64,000 bases of DNA from an uncultured Clostridia bacterium (lineage in GTDB: Bacteria > Bacillota > Clostridia > Christensenellales > Borkfalkiaceae). The translations under genes and the position numbers were made by a program. The notes beneath the pieces are model-generated. The model ran no database searches. It was not told the origin of the DNA and saw only the letters and a program-made list of their open reading frames with translations. The stretch spans positions 1,052 through 65,051 of the forward strand of contig CANRKK010000008.1 in assembly GCA_947631195.1 (NCBI GenBank), given 5' to 3'. This document shows positions 63,734-64,000 of this stretch, piece after piece; within the stretch, counting starts at the first letter, position 1, and every line of letters starts with the position of its first letter.

Positions 63734-63762
63734 ATTATATAATTTCACGCGGAAAATGTCAA
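63734..63762 (-). promoter_or_regulatory. Consensus sigma-A-type promoter of the type IV pilus operon
   Basis: Minus strand TTGACA (63762-63757), 17-nt spacer, TATAAT (63739-63734). About 100-nt leader to ATG 63628. Confidence 0.5.
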
Positions 63763-63846
63763 CGGAATAAGACAAGATGTTGCATTTGCGCACGTTTTGC
63801 GTGTTTTTGTTGCCTGCGGGCGCCTTTCGTGTTACAATGGGGACGT

Positions 63847-64000
63847 ATGAAATATCCCATAGACGGGGAGCTCTTCCCCTACTCCCGCTTCCGTCCGCCG
63901 CTGAACAGGTTTACCCTGCCTGCCGCCAACCTCGTTTTGCGGCTGCTGCCCAAGGGAAACGGCAAAAAGAGCGGGCTCACCTTTAAAAAACTCAACATAT
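63847..64000 (+). CDS. 5' end of an unidentified CDS running off the window (possibly an alpha/beta hydrolase; very tentative)
   Basis: Own translation from ATG 63847: MKYPIDGELFPYSRFRPPLNRFTLPAANLVLRLLPKGNGKKSGLTFKKLNI, open to the window end. A TACAAT -10-like box lies about 12 nt upstream. Confidence 0.3.
   Translation, partial: MKYPIDGELFPYSRFRPPLNRFTLPAANLVLRLLPKGNGKKSGLTFKKLNI

Noticed and set aside
63777-63986. 69-aa plus-strand ORF at the window end
   Set aside because: It overlaps, in a different frame, the more plausible open-ended ORF starting at ATG 63847. The translation is Arg/Ala/Pro-rich, and there is no RBS.

Overview
High-GC (roughly 55-62% by eye) chromosomal segment that looks Firmicutes/Clostridia-like: GGAGG ribosome-binding sites, lipobox lipoproteins and a Gram-positive-type type IV pilus locus. 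Nearly all real genes are on the minus strand, and most long plus-strand ORFs in the track are antisense shadows of high-GC genes. All motif calls were made by eye; no searches were run. No tRNA, rRNA, CRISPR array, integrase or transposase was recognised. Four blocks: (1) 1-20.4 kb is a maltodextrin/starch utilisation locus. It holds an MsmK-like ATPase, a GH13 lipoprotein amylase, MalG/MalF/MalE-like transporter genes, MalQ, a LacI-family regulator, a cytoplasmic pullulanase plus HAD hydrolase, a 1009-aa multi-module surface lipoprotein and a lipoprotein pullulanase. Three unusually long gene-free spacers made of a mosaic of dispersed palindromic repeats interrupt it. (2) 20.6-26.9 kb holds cardiolipin synthase, a gluconate-5-dehydrogenase-like SDR, a MATE exporter and an AraC regulator. 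It also contains an AT-rich 1.3-kb islet with a tripartite toxin-antitoxin-chaperone (HigB-like/HigA/SecB-like) module whose toxin gene appears frameshifted. (3) 27.0-43.8 kb is the most interesting part: an 11-gene co-directional cluster. It combines a GrpE-like protein, two lidless Hsp70 paralogues (one fused to a vWA domain) and a 1043-aa J-like/zinc-ribbon/beta-sandwich protein. It also has two paralogous zinc-ribbon GTPases (one membrane-anchored), an 871-aa GAP1-like protein, a Sel1-repeat membrane protein, a tiny 3-TM protein, a transglutaminase-like protein and a 110-aa protein. I know of no characterised system with this gene set and propose it as a candidate NTPase-centred conflict or envelope system. 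(4) 43.9-64 kb holds a histidine phosphatase, a hybrid sensor kinase translationally coupled to a solute-binding protein, and a 14.7-kb type IV pilus operon. A complete phosphorelay (hybrid kinase, Hpt) and a REC-HD-GYP-GGDEF protein are embedded between the minor pilins and pilB.
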